Source of the DNA: Podarcis gaigeae
Lineage: Eukaryota
NCBI GenBank assembly: GCA_964106915.2
Contig: OZ066922.1
Strand: one strand, 5' to 3'
DNA length: 64,000 bases
Position 1 is the stretch's first letter. Each line of letters opens with the position of its first letter. Below are positions 1 through 12,921 of this stretch, piece after piece. The position numbers were made by a program, and so were the translations under genes. The notes below the pieces were generated by a model. It was not told where the DNA came from. It did not search any database and saw only the letters and a list, made by a program, of their open reading frames with translations.

Positions 1-2187
1 TAAATTTTTAATACTAGCTCATGCACTATCAAGATTGCCACTCGTGCATATATATTTCATGGTTATGAGTCATGAGTATTTATCTTTATTATATCAAGGT
101 TTACAGCTTTGTAAGGAATCCGTATTTTGCATTCTTTTTATCACAGATTAGCTCGCTGCACTAGATAGACTAGACACAGCTAAATTTTCTGTGACATGTT
201 GTATGTTGTAAATCTTCTGACAACCGAAAAAGGCCCACAGGGTTAAAGTGCATTTGGTCTTGGGCATAATTCATTCATTAATTGTCACATTAGTTTGTTG
301 ATCATGCATTGACCTAGAAAGATGAGTCCATTTACAACTGCATTTCTGTCATTTTATGTATGCCCTTAATACAACATTAATCAAACATAAAAATGTTCAA
401 ATGGATTTTTTTCCATATTACGTGGAATCATTTTTGTCCTTATCCAGCTCAATGTTTGAGTTCCAGATCCCAGCTTTACGATGCAAATCATTCTTTCAAC
501 TTAGCCTTTCTTAAGGAAGGATGGTGGGGGTGGGGTTGGGGTTGCTGGTTGGACAGAGACTGTTCATTTTTGTTGTTCAGCTGCAGTGTTTGTCTAGGGG
601 AAAGCAAGGTCAGCAAATAGTTCTTTCCACGTGCAACAATAAAGAAATTCCAACAAGCCCTGCATCAGAGTCTTCCACTTCACATCATGGTCTGAAGCCA
701 CAGTAAGAACAGTTTCTATACATCCAGAGTCAGCTAGACAAAGTGGAGATGAGCTTAGTAGGGCCAAAATAGATGTGACAAAGCCCAATTAGAAGCTCTC
801 TCTTTCCTTTTTAATAATTAGAAACCTTTTGTTGCTATTTTGAAGATAAGCAAAGCAATGACCTAGGAGAGAAGGTTTAAGCTTTTCCCCCAATGCCTGT
901 TTCTCCGCAGAAATACTTTCCCCAAACTGCTATTAGCTCTGTGAGAGGAAAAGTCAGAGACAGCAAACTGAATATCTGCTTAGGATAGAGGGTCACATGA
1001 GGATAGTGTATGAGAGAAACTAACTTTTAGATCACTGTTTCCATGATCTCCAAATGGGCATCCAAATCATTGATCACTGATCACCACGATAATGTGAAAT
1101 TTGGCCCTTAGATGTAAAATAATAGGGCAGTCATTGACTTTTATCATATAGGAACTTGCAAGGTCCTGGGACTGATGTGGGGGAGTAGGATCTTGTGAAC
1201 CACCCTGAGATATTCAGATGAATGACAGTATATAAATTTAATAAATTATAATAAAAGGATTATGATGATGGTGCATTTTAGTTTACTTGGTTGAAACAAG
1301 AGCATTTAAAGTGTCAGGAGAAGTGATAATTACAGAAAAGGAGAAAAGAAGCACATATATTAAAACTACTTTGGAGCCTATAAAACACTGGAAAATTTGT
1401 AATGCTAAACTAGATCCAGGCATCTCCAACTGTTCTAATTATAAAGAATATACTGGGTCAATAAATTACAACAATTAAAAGTCAATTTGGAAAAGAAAAG
1501 ATCAAAAACTTTTTTTGCAACAGCATGAGCCCAATTTCAAGGAGAAAAAAATTTGTGTGCATACCTGACCAATTAATACATTTTAATGTTATTGCTGAAA
1601 AAAAGTTTATCCATTTCCTCATTTTCTCTGATGCTTGCCTCATCACCATTCCACCCTCCTGACAATTTACATTTTTAAACCTATTCCATTATCACTCGTG
1701 TCCCCTGCTGAGGCATAATTAAAAACTGCACACTTCATAGAGTCCACTGCATGAAAGAAAAAAAAAGAAAAGACAAGAGGAAAAAGTTTGTCAGCTGATT
1801 ACTAAAGGCAGCAAATAGTATATCTTGTCCGAGTATAGGAAGACACTGATTTTAGTGATGTCCAAAGCTTCAGATTAGCGTGGAAAGGAACTACTTATAT
1901 ACCCCTGTTGTGCGATTTTTTGGGGGAGGGGGCAGTCTGGATGATGCCCTGATTCTCTTCCAATTCTCGGAGTCCAGTACCCAGTGAGGGAAAGACTCTG
2001 ACAGAGCAGGTTGTTGAACTAGTCGAATGAGTTTCTTTGTAAGACAATGACCTTGAGCTGGCCACGTAAGAGTCCTCATCAGCATCCCAAAACAATAACC
2101 CAGGCTGCAAATCTCCAGCTAAATGATGCTGCCCTCCAGCCAAATGGTTGGGCCTTCCCTGCACCTAACTTGTAGGTGTTAGAACAA

Positions 2188-2189
<2 letters not shown>

Positions 2190-2257
<68 letters not shown>

Positions 2258-2265
2258 CAGAGAGA
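2190..2265. repeat. (GT)n(GA)n compound microsatellite
   Basis: Direct reading; similar tracts at 3996-4045, 16008-16085 and 60665-60711. Confidence 0.95.
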
Positions 2266-3994
2266 AAGGAAGCGAAGGAAGAAGCAGGCTGGAAGCTGGA
2301 GAGAGACAGACATGCTTGCTTTGTATTGAATCCAAGGTTATGACAATGGAGAAAGAAGATCTTCCTTAATGCTGTCAGCCCCTCCATCTTATGCTCAGGT
2401 TGTATATATGTACCGGTACATAAAATAATATATCATGGTCTCCACGGTCTCCACTGACCATCCCAAGAAAACGGAACCCTGGGTAAGTGCCAGGAATCCC
2501 TGGAATCTCATTGCTCAGAGATTGAGGTGCTGTGTTCAGATAGTCACAATATACTTATGAGTCACTATAATTGATTCCTATAGGCACAAAATGGACATAT
2601 GTGAAGAGCTGAAATGGACAGTCTGCTCCATGCGTTACCACCACCAGAGGTGAGACAGACGGCTACCAAAGAGTAGAGGAGGAAGAAAAGACATCTGGTA
2701 TGGAATTATGCTGCTCTGTCTATCCCAATGGAGGTTGGTCCATTGGCGAAAACCCTGCCAACCTCAGTCTAGCATCAGCCAACTCCTGCACTCAACCCCT
2801 GGCATGCCTTCTTATCTACAGGATATTCAGGGGCTGGCACTCCCTGCCAGGCTTGTCCTTAGTGTTGCCCTTGTAGATCTTAGCAGGGAAGAGGATGAGG
2901 ACAAAACTAAAATTACTTGGCTCCACCTGTCATTGACTCTGGTTCCACCTACTGTCAATCTTCATGCCTTCTGCCCTTCCAGTCCCAGTTGGTACCAAGC
3001 AACACTGGGCCCTACCAGAGAGAGTTCCTTCTCTTGCAAGGCCTCCTAGTTGCAAAACACTGCCCCAAGAAGTTTACCTTGTCATTTCCGTACCAGGCAA
3101 AGGCCTTTTAAAAACCCAGAGTTAAAAAAATGCTGTTTTAATCTTGGCAACTGTCTTATGTTACGGTTAAATGTTGTGGTGTTTAGCTCATTTTATTGCT
3201 TTGTGAATACATATTTTAATTGCTTTATTATTTTTGTGTACTGCAACCTTGGGAAGATGGTTAAGAGGCAGTATAAAAAGCATCTATTATGAATAGTTAA
3301 AGAAGTGGACATTTGGGAAAGCTTTCTATCTGCCAGTATTTATAATGAGAAAGGGCTGTTGTATAAATCATGTGGTTTAGGCTAGAGGGAGGTGAGGAGA
3401 TACTAACTAATGGCAGTTTTAAAAAAGTATGAAGAATAGGTGTGACTTGAAAGCTGCTGCATTAGAAAGGTAAATACTTGCTGATTTGCAGAGAAGGCAT
3501 TAAATTACTCTCTTGCTAAAAATCTATATAAACAAAATTCCAGAATCTTATAAATCACCAGGCAAACTACCTTCATGAACTACTACACACAGTAGTAAGT
3601 ACTTTGTTGCCACAGGTTACGGAGACCTTCATTTCTAACTGGCAATCTAAGGTCTATTGAGTATGGTCATCTGCTAGAAAGGTTGCTCTTTGGCAACAAA
3701 AGAACAAAGGCACAGTAGAGTTGCACACAGTTATCCATGTGTGCAGGATAACAAAATCACAACATATAATTCCTCTCCAGTTTCACTGCATATATTTACT
3801 AGACGATGCCAGTTTATAGGAAAAGTGGTGGAACTAATCAGTTTTCTTATTGGGAAACACTTATTTACTATTTAAGTGTACGCATTCAATCTCTCCAGGG
3901 ACTGCTTTTTATTATGGTTGCATTGAATGTTTGCACATGGGCATTGTTTCAAAAGAGAAGTCTTCACAAACCCACACCCCTGCTCATTGTTGTC

Positions 3995-4045
<51 letters not shown>

Positions 4046-4112
4046 GATACCCATGTCTGTCCACTGTTCCAATCAGCAGCTGCTTTGGTGCAACCCTACC
4101 ACAGTCCAGCTG

Positions 4113-4400
4113 CATAGAATCATAGAATTGTATGGCTGGGAGGGATCCAACCCTACAAAGGAGGAATCTCAGCTAAAGAATCCCTGACAGATGTCCCTCC
4201 AACCTCTGTTTAAAAACCTCCAATGAAGGAGAGTCTACCACCTCCCAAGGTAATTGAGCAGATCTTACTGTCAGAAAATTCTTCCTCATGTTTAGTCAGA
4301 ATCTCCTTTTTCGTAATTTGAATCCACTGGTTTTGGTCCTACCCTCTGGAGAAGCAGAAAATAAGCTTGCGTCATCTTCCATGTGACAACCCTTCAGATA
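4113..4400 (-). mobile_element. CR1 LINE 3' fragment (duplicate at ~9773-10070)
   Basis: catagaatcatagaa is the reverse complement of the CR1 (TTCTATGA)n tail; followed by typical CR1 3' sequence. Confidence 0.8.
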
Positions 4401-5641
4401 TTCTCCTAGGAATTTCTCCTAGGAATAGTGATCCCATGTCGTAAGCATGAGGACATCGTAACATCACCTAGCCAATCAAATGTGGTTCCATGGCAACCTC
4501 ACAAAGCTAATTCAGTTTGAGGGCAGTGCTTTCTGCATTATGCAGCGTGGCCTTATTTTGAAATGGCAGCGTGAGGAGAAGGAGGATCACATCCCAATTT
4601 CCTGCTATGCTGCAAATATGTTCACCCGTCCCTCATTTAAGTCCCCTGAGAGTGTGCAATTCAAAGAGATAGAATATTGATGAAAGTGCTGTCCCCCTTT
4701 TTGCTCAACTCTACATTTTATCTCCAAACTTAGCTAACATTTATACAATATTATACTATTGCTATTAATTAAGGGGCACATTTCGCATGTAGGTACGTTG
4801 CAAGGTCTAGTTTCTAGTTCCAAATCAAATGAAGATGTAGTCATTTAAAGTCAGGGCATAGTCTATATACAAGCATACGTGTCCTGTCAATTGCATTCCT
4901 GAGAGTAAGATTATCCTCAATAACTGGTTGTATGATTTGGTGTAAAATATTTAACTGAGAACTGTAAGTCATTACAGTGGGCATGATTACTCCGACAAAG
5001 CAGTCAGCATAATAAAGAAGGCAGAGCATTTCTGTTACCAGTCCAGCTGTTGAAATCCAATTACAGTAAGATCACATCTTGCGCATTCGGGGTGGGGGTA
5101 TATAAAGCCAAAATCACATGTAGTTAAAACAACCCCCTTGCCTTCCAGAGGCAAGTGGCAAGTCATGAGTAAATTATCGTGAAGGTATCCAGAGCCTGCA
5201 AGAGTTTCACACAGACCAGTAAGCAAGACTTAAAAGCTCTTTTTGCACAAAGTTTTCCCAGTGCAGAAACGACTTTAAAGCTCCCAACCTTATGTGCATT
5301 TAATTTGTGCACTATTAGCCAGCCAGCCACTAAGTGCATACAGCTGTGATCACGCAATATACATGTGTTCAAGTTGCAATCCTACTGTAATCACTTTCTT
5401 AGGACTGTTATTTTAGACTTAAGGAAAGCCTGCCTTACTTTATCTAGCTGTTTATCAAGATCATGTGGATCTGTGCAAACACAGTTGAAGTGCATGGTTT
5501 GGCTTCACACAATGGATCTCTTTATGCATCAGGATGGTAGCTACTGGCATGGAGGTATCAGTCATGTATTATTGTAAACAAAATCTTTCCCTTTTTCCCT
5601 TATGGGGTATCCAAGAGCCTGTATAGAGTGGGTTCTCTATC

Positions 5642-6178
5642 GGTAGGAAAAAATAACAGAGGCCAACAAGAGAATATTGAGAAGCAAAACAGCTAGTAAG
5701 CCTGATCTTTATTGATCTGTTGCAACAGGGTGCTCCCCGAACATGCAGGAAAGGAGGATGACCCAGAACAAAGGTGTGCCCGCCTTTATATAGACATTTT
5801 AAATTCCCTGCCCTGGAGCTCAAAACCACCTCCCACAAACATCATACCTACATCACAGAAAAGGTGGTCTACAACAGAAATTTGAATGTTGTTGTTTTTC
5901 CTGTCTGCCAGGTTATCTGATAATGCCTTATCTGATTGCCTTTCCTGGTAGTCTGTCACTCTTTGAAATGGTGATTACTAAATTCCTGTAACAAGGAAGG
6001 TTTTTTTCACCTCCTCCCTCCTTGCAGAGAAACATTTGGTCAGCTTGGGAGTCAAAATGGTTTCAGGACTGTCTTCCTGTGCTGCTTCAGACATGTGGTT
6101 TATATATTTATGTACATGTTTGCTTGGTACATTTATGAACATTTATTATATATCTAAGACCTTAAAGTTCTAATCACA
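5642..6178 (-). mobile_element. Probable solo LTR (537 bp) of an unrelated LTR/ERV family
   Basis: Minus-strand TATATAAA (5785-5792) followed by AATAAA (5708-5713); right end tcaca; imperfect 5-bp TSD ctatc/gtatc; left end is gg rather than tg. Confidence 0.5.
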
Positions 6179-6910
6179 GTATCAGTCAGTCAACTTCCTA
6201 TATGGGGCTTTAACTGTATGAAAGGCTGGGATCGCAAAGAATAGTGCTTAAACTAAACAGTGGCAGGGGGTGATCAGCTTCCTTATACTTTTTGTGGAAA
6301 CCTTACCTTTTATTTTTCAGAAAGCTGTAGAGGAGCTCTGATCAGGCCAAGATTGAGGACTGCCAGACGGTGAAATTTGCAGATTTCATTAGGGGCTCCC
6401 CAACTCCCCACAATAAACTGAGCACTAACAAAGAACACACAAATAGCCTTCATTATAGCAATTTGGAATGTGACAGATATGGTTGAGCAGCTGGAGACTA
6501 AACCAAATTAGTGTCTGACATACAACTACACTTCGGAAATGAACAGGGGTTCATTTGCTATTACTATACTTAAAGTCCATTTCAAAATATCTAATTTATT
6601 TTTCAAATAAGCTGGAATGTAGGTTCACATTAGCATTGCCTGAGTAGCTAGGGATATATGGTAGTACTGTATTTAAGCTGTGGTTGCTTATAGAAATCAG
6701 ATACTGGGAACTATGATTTGAAGCTTTTTTTTCCATACCTTTTGGCTTGCCTCCTGACTTTTCTGCACGCATGAAGTGTGAAGGCTGGTAGTAACATGAA
6801 CAAAAGTAATCATAAGCAAACACATAATGATAATACCTATAATAATTCTCCCTTTTATGCTATCATTTCTATTAACATTGTCCCTATTTGGTGCCTCTAA
6901 TGAAAACAGT

Positions 6911-7263
6911 AGGGACGCGGGTGGTGCTGTGGGTTAAAGCACAGAGCCTAGGACTTGCCAATCAGAAGGTCGGCGGTTCGAATCCCCGTGACGGGGTGAG
7001 CTCCCGTTGTTCCGTCCCTGCTCCTGCCAACCTAGCAGTTCAAAAGCACATCAAAGTTCAAGTAGATAAATAGGTACCACTCCAGCGGGAAGGTAAATGG
7101 CGTTTCCGTGTGCTGCTCTGGTTCACCAGAAGTGGCTTAGTCATGCTGGCCACATGACCCGGAAGCTGTACGCCAGCTCCCTCAGCCAATAAAGCGAGAT
7201 GAGCGCCGCAACCCCAGATTTGGCCACGACTGGACCTAATGGTCAGGGGTCCCTTTACCTTTA
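6911..7263 (+). mobile_element. Sauria-type SINE, full length
   Basis: tRNA-like head with B box ggttcgaatcc; (accttt)n tail; 14-bp TSD ctaatgaaaacagt (6897-6910, 7264-7277). Confidence 0.92.
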
Positions 7264-10200
7264 CTAATGAAAACAGTGTTGCCCATATCAGAATGTGCCA
7301 TTCCATCAGCAAGTGGTGAATTGTCATGTTAACTTCTACGTAATCTCTGAAAGGGCTGAGTGACAACCATGATTGGGAGGGGTGGGTGGGAGAGGAAAAC
7401 CCTAGTATTTTCAAAATGACCCCCAGGAAAACCTTTTGGAGGGTATGGGGGAAGTGCATTGAGGAAGGAATAGAAGCTGGTCTCTCTTTTTTCTTTCCCA
7501 TGCCCTGCTAGTTCTGTCATAACAATTCAACAGCATAATCCTTCTTTCAGCAACAACACACCTATGAAATATATAAGGGAAACGAAAATATAGATTTGCA
7601 GAGAGGTGCAAATTATAGGTCCGTGCTGCTATGAAAGCATGCTGCTCAATCTACACACCGTGAAAAGTGACATTAATGATTTATGTAATCACCAGAGACT
7701 AGAATTAAATAGCCCTGTTAAAAGTGTTCTAGGGTTTAGAACCCAGAGTGTGCTTTCAGTATTAAGACTTGTATGAAAGTGTGCCATGGATCCAAAACAC
7801 TGAACTTGTGACTACTGCTGACATTTTACTTTAAAACAAACTATTTTAAAGAGCTGGGGAGAGGGTTAAATGATGTATTAACAGAAGTCAAAAGCATCAC
7901 ATAGTTTGATGGACAAGACTGGNNNNNNNNNNNNNNNNNNNNNNNNNNNNNNNNNNNNNNNNNNNNNNNNNNNNNNNNNNNNNNNNNNNNNNNNNNNNNN
8001 NNNNNNNNNNNNNNNNNNNNNNNNNNNNNNNNNNNNNNNNNNNNNNNNNNNNNNNNNNNNNNNNNNNNNNNNNNNNNNNNNNNNNNNNNNNNNNNNNNNN
8101 NNNNNNNNNNNNNNNNNNNNNNNNNNNNNNNNNNNNNNNNNNNNNNNNNNNNNNNNNNNNNNNNNNNNNNNNNNNNNNNNNNNNNNNNNNNNNNNNNNNN
8201 NNNNNNNNNNNNNNNNNNNNGTAGATGGCATACATGTTTTATTTCTAAAGTAAAGAATAGGAAGTGCAACCTTACACAACATATTCTTGAAAGCTTTGAA
8301 CCTATGCACTATGTTGCTGAGCCTACAACACAGGCTTACAACACAGTAGTTTGTTGTTTATGTTGCATTCCAGTAAAGCTAAAAAGAGTGTGACTGGACC
8401 AAAGCTTGNNNNNNNNNNNNNNNNNNNNNNNNNNNNNNNNNNNNNNNNNNNNNNNNNNNNNNNNNNNNNNNNNNNNNNNNNNNNNNNNNNNNNNNNNNNN
8501 NNNNNNNNNNNNNNNNNNNNNNNNNNNNNNNNNNNNNNNNNNNNNNNNNNNNNNNNNNNNNNNNNNNNNNNNNNNNNNNNNNNNNNNNNNNNNNNNNNNN
8601 NNNNNNNNAAGCAACACTGGGCCCTACCAGAGAGAGTTCCTTCTCTTGCAAGGCCTCCTAGTTGCAAAACACTGCCCCAAGAAGTTTACCTTGTCATTTC
8701 CGTACCAGGCAAAGGCCTTTTAAAAACCCAGAGTTAAAAAAATGCTGTTTTAATCTTGGCAACTGTCTTATGTTACGGTTAAATGTTGTGGTGTTTAGCT
8801 CATTTTATTGCTTTGTGAATACATATTTTAATTGCTTTATTATTTTTGTGTACTGCAACCTTGGGAAGATGGTTAAGAGGCAGTATAAAAAGCATCTATT
8901 ATGAATAGTTAAAGAAGTGGACATTTGGGAAAGCTTTCTATCTGCCAGTATTTATAATGAGAAAGGGCTGTTGTATAAATCATGTGGTTTAGGCTAGAGG
9001 GAGGTGAGGAGATACTAACTAATGGCAGTTTTAAAAAAGTATGAAGAATAGGTGTGACTTGAAAGCTGCTGCATTAGAAAGGTAAATACTTGCTGATTTG
9101 CAGAGAAGGCATTACTCTCTTGCTAAAAATCTATATAAACAAAATTCCAGAATGTTATAAATCACCAGGCAAACTACCTTCATCAACTACTACACACAGT
9201 AGTAAGTACTTTGTTGCCACAGGTTACGGAGACCTTCATTTCTAACTGGCAATCTAAGGTCTATTGAGTATGGTCATCTGCTAGAAAGGTTGCTCTTTGG
9301 CAACAAAAGAACAAAGGCACAGTAGAGTTGCACACAGTTATCCATGTGTGCAGGATAACAAAATCACAACATATAATTCCTCTCCAGTTTCACTGCATAT
9401 ATTTACTAGATGATGCCAGTTTATAGGAAAAGTGGTGGAACTAATCAGTTTTCTTATTGGGAAACACTTATTTACTATTTAAGTGTACGCATTCAATCTC
9501 TCCAGGGACTGCTTTTTATTATGGTTGCATTGAATGTTTGCACATGGGCATTGTTTCAAAAGAGAAGTCTTCACAAACCCACNNNNNNNNNNNNNNNNNN
9601 NNNNNNNNNNNNNNNNNNNNNNNNNNNNNNNNNNNNNNNNNNNNNNNNNNNNNNNNNNNNNNNNNNNNNNNNNNNNNNNNNNNNNNNNNNNNNNNNNNNN
9701 NNNNNNNNNNNNNNNNNNNNNNNCTGTTCCAATCAGCAGCTGCTTTGGTGCAACCCTACCACAGTCCAGCTGCATAGAATCATAGAATTGTATGGCTGGG
9801 AGGGATCCAACCCTACAAAGGAGGAATCTCAGCTAAAGAATCCCTGACAGATGTCCCTCCAACCTCTGTTTAAAAACCTCCAATGAAGGAGAGTCTACCA
9901 CCTCCCAAGGTAATTGAGCAGATCTTACTGTCAGAAAATTCTTCCTCATGTTTAGTCAGAATCTCCTTTTTCGTAATTTGAATCCACTGGTTTTGGTCCT
10001 ACCCTCTGGAGAAGCAGAAAATAAGCTTGCATCATCTTCCATGTGACAACCCTTCAGATATCTGAAGATATATATTTCTCCTAGGAATAGTGATCCCATG
10101 TCGTAAGCATGAGGACATCGTAACATCACCTAGCCAATCAAATGTGGTTCCATGGCAACCTCACAAAGCTAATTCAGTTTGAGGGCAGTGCTTTCTGCAT

Positions 10201-11300
10201 TATGCAGCGTGGCCTTATTTTGAAATGGCAGCGTGAGAAGGAGGATCACATCCCAATTTCCTGCTATGCTGCAAATATGTTCACCCCTCCCTCATTTAAG
10301 TCCCCTGAGAGTGTGCAATTCAAAGAGATAGAATATTGATGAAAGTGCTGTCCCCCTTTTTGCTCAACTCTACATTTTATCTCGAAACTTAGCTAACATT
10401 TATACAATATTATACTATTGCTATTAATTAAGGGGCACATTTCGCATGTAGGTACGTTGCAAGGTCTAGTTTCTAGTTCCAAATCAAATGAAGATGTAGT
10501 CATTTAAAGTCAGGGCATAGTCTATATACAAGCATACGTGTCCTGTCAATTGCATTCCTGAGAGTAAGATTATCCTCAATAACTGGTTGTATGATTTGGT
10601 GTAAAATATTTAACTGAGAACTGTAAGTCATTACAGTGGGCATGATTACTCCGACAAAGCAGTCAGCATAATAAAGAAGGCAGAGCATTTCTGTTACCAG
10701 TCCAGCTGTTGAAATCCAATTACAGTAAGATCACATCTTGCGCATTCGGGGTGGGGGTATATAAAGCCAAAATCACATGTAGTTAAAACAACCCCCTTGC
10801 CTTCCAGAGGCAAGTGGCAAGTCATGAGTAAATTATCGTGAAGGTATCCAGAGCCTGCAAGAGTTTCACACAGACCAGTAAGCAAGACTTAAAAGCTCTT
10901 TTTGCACAAAGTTTTCCCAGTGCAGAAACGACTTTAAAGCTCCCAACCTTATGTGCATTTAATTTGTGCACTATTAGCCAGCCAGCCACTAAGTGCATAC
11001 AGCTGTGATCACGCAATATACATGTGTTCAAGTTGCAATCCTACTGTAATCACTTTCTTAGGACTGTTATTTTAGACTTAAGGAAAGCCTGCCTTACTTT
11101 ATCTAGCTGTTTATCAAGATCATGTGGATCTGTGCAAACACAGTTGAAGTGCATGGTTTGGCTTCACACAATGGATCTCTTTATGCATCAGGATGGTAGC
11201 TACTGGCATGGAGGTATCAGTCATGTATTATTGTAAACAAAATCTTTCCCTTTTTCCCTTATGGGGTATCCAAGAGCCTGTATAGAGTGGGTTCTCTATT

Positions 11301-11837
11301 GGTAGGAAAAAATAACAGAGGCCAACAAGAGAATATTGAGAAGCAAAACAGCTAGTAAGCCTGATCTTTATTGATCTGTTGCAACAGGGTGCTCCCCGAA
11401 CATGCAGGAAAGGAGGATGACCCAGAACAAAGGTGTGCCCGCCTTTATATAGACATTTTAAATTCCCTGCCCTGGAGCTCAAAACCACCTCCCACAAACA
11501 TCATACCTACATCACAGAAAAGGTGGTCTACAACAGAAATTTGAATGTTGTTGTTTTTCCTGTCTGCCAGGTTATCTGATAATGCCTTATCTGATTGCCT
11601 TTCCTGGTAGTCTGTCACTCTTTGAAATGGTGATTACTAAATTCCTGTAACAAGGAAGGTTTTTTTCACCTCCTCCCTCCTTGCAGAGAAACATTTGGTC
11701 AGCTTGGGAGTCAAAATGGTTTCAGGACTGTCTTCCTGTGCTGCTTCAGACATGTGGTTTATATATTTATGTACATGTTTGCTTGGTACATTTATGAACA
11801 TTTATTATATATCTAAGACCTTGAAGTTCTAATCACA
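11301..11837 (-). mobile_element. Duplicate of the probable solo LTR
   Basis: Same sequence within duplication copy 2. Confidence 0.5.
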
Positions 11838-12568
11838 GTATCAGTCAGTCAACTTCCTATATGGGGCTTTAACTGTATGAAAGGCTGGGATCGCAAAGAA
11901 TAGTGCTTAAACTAAACAGTGGCAGGGGGTAATCAGCTTCCTTATACTTTTTGTGGAAACCTTACCTTTTATTTTTCAGAAAGCTGTAGAGGAGCTCTGA
12001 TCAGGCCAAGATTGAGGACTGCCAGACGGTGAAATTTGCAGATTTCATTAGGGGCTCCCCAACTCCCCACAATAAACTGAGCACTAACAAAGAACACACA
12101 AATAACCTTCATTATAGCAATTTGGAATGTGACAGATATGGTTGAGCAGCTGGAGACTAAACCAAATTAGTGTCTGACATACAACTACACTTCGGAAATG
12201 AACAGGGGTTCATTTGCTATTACTATACTTAAAGTCCATTTCAAAATATCTAATTTATTTTTCAAATAAGCTGGAATGTAGGTTCACATTAGCATTGCCT
12301 GAGTAGCTAGGGATATATGGTAGTACTGTATTTAAGCTGTGGTTGCTTATAGAAATCAGATACTGGGAACTATGATTTGAAGCTTTTTTTCCATACCTTT
12401 TGGCTTGCCTCCTGACTTTTCTGCACGCATGAAGTGTGAAGGCTGGTAGTAACATGAACAAAAGTAATCATAAGCAAACACATAATGATAATACCTATAA
12501 TAATTCTCCCTTTTATGCTATCATTTCTATTAACATTGTCCCTATTTGGTGCCTCTAATGAAAACAGT

Positions 12569-12921
12569 AGGGACGTGGGTGGTGCTGTGGGTTAAAGCAC
12601 AGAGCCTAGGACTTGCCAATCAGAAGGTCGGCGGTTCGAATCCCCGTGACGGGGTGAGCTCCCGTTGTTCCGTCCCTGCTCCTGCCAACCTAGCAGTTCA
12701 AAAGCACATCAAAGTTCAAGTAGATAAATAGGTACCACTCCAGCGGGAAGGTAAACAGCGTTTCCGTGTGCTGCTCTGGTTCGCCAGAAGTGGCTTAGTC
12801 ATGCTGGCCACATGACCCGGAAGCTGTACGCCAGCTCCCTCAGCCAATAAAGCGAGATGAGCGCTGCAACCCCAGATTTGGCCACGACTGGACCTAATGG
12901 TCAGGGGTCCCTTTACCTTTA
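12569..12921 (+). mobile_element. Sauria-type SINE (in duplication copy 2)
   Basis: Same element and TSD as 6911-7263. Confidence 0.92.

Larger units (their letters stand above)
2997..8408 (+). repeat. Tandem duplication copy 1 (~5.4 kb)
   Basis: Matches 8609-14090; about 20 differences counted by eye. Confidence 0.95.

Noticed and set aside
6911-7000. tRNA gene
   Set aside because: The A/B boxes belong to SINE heads; no cloverleaf, and the SINE body and TSD follow.
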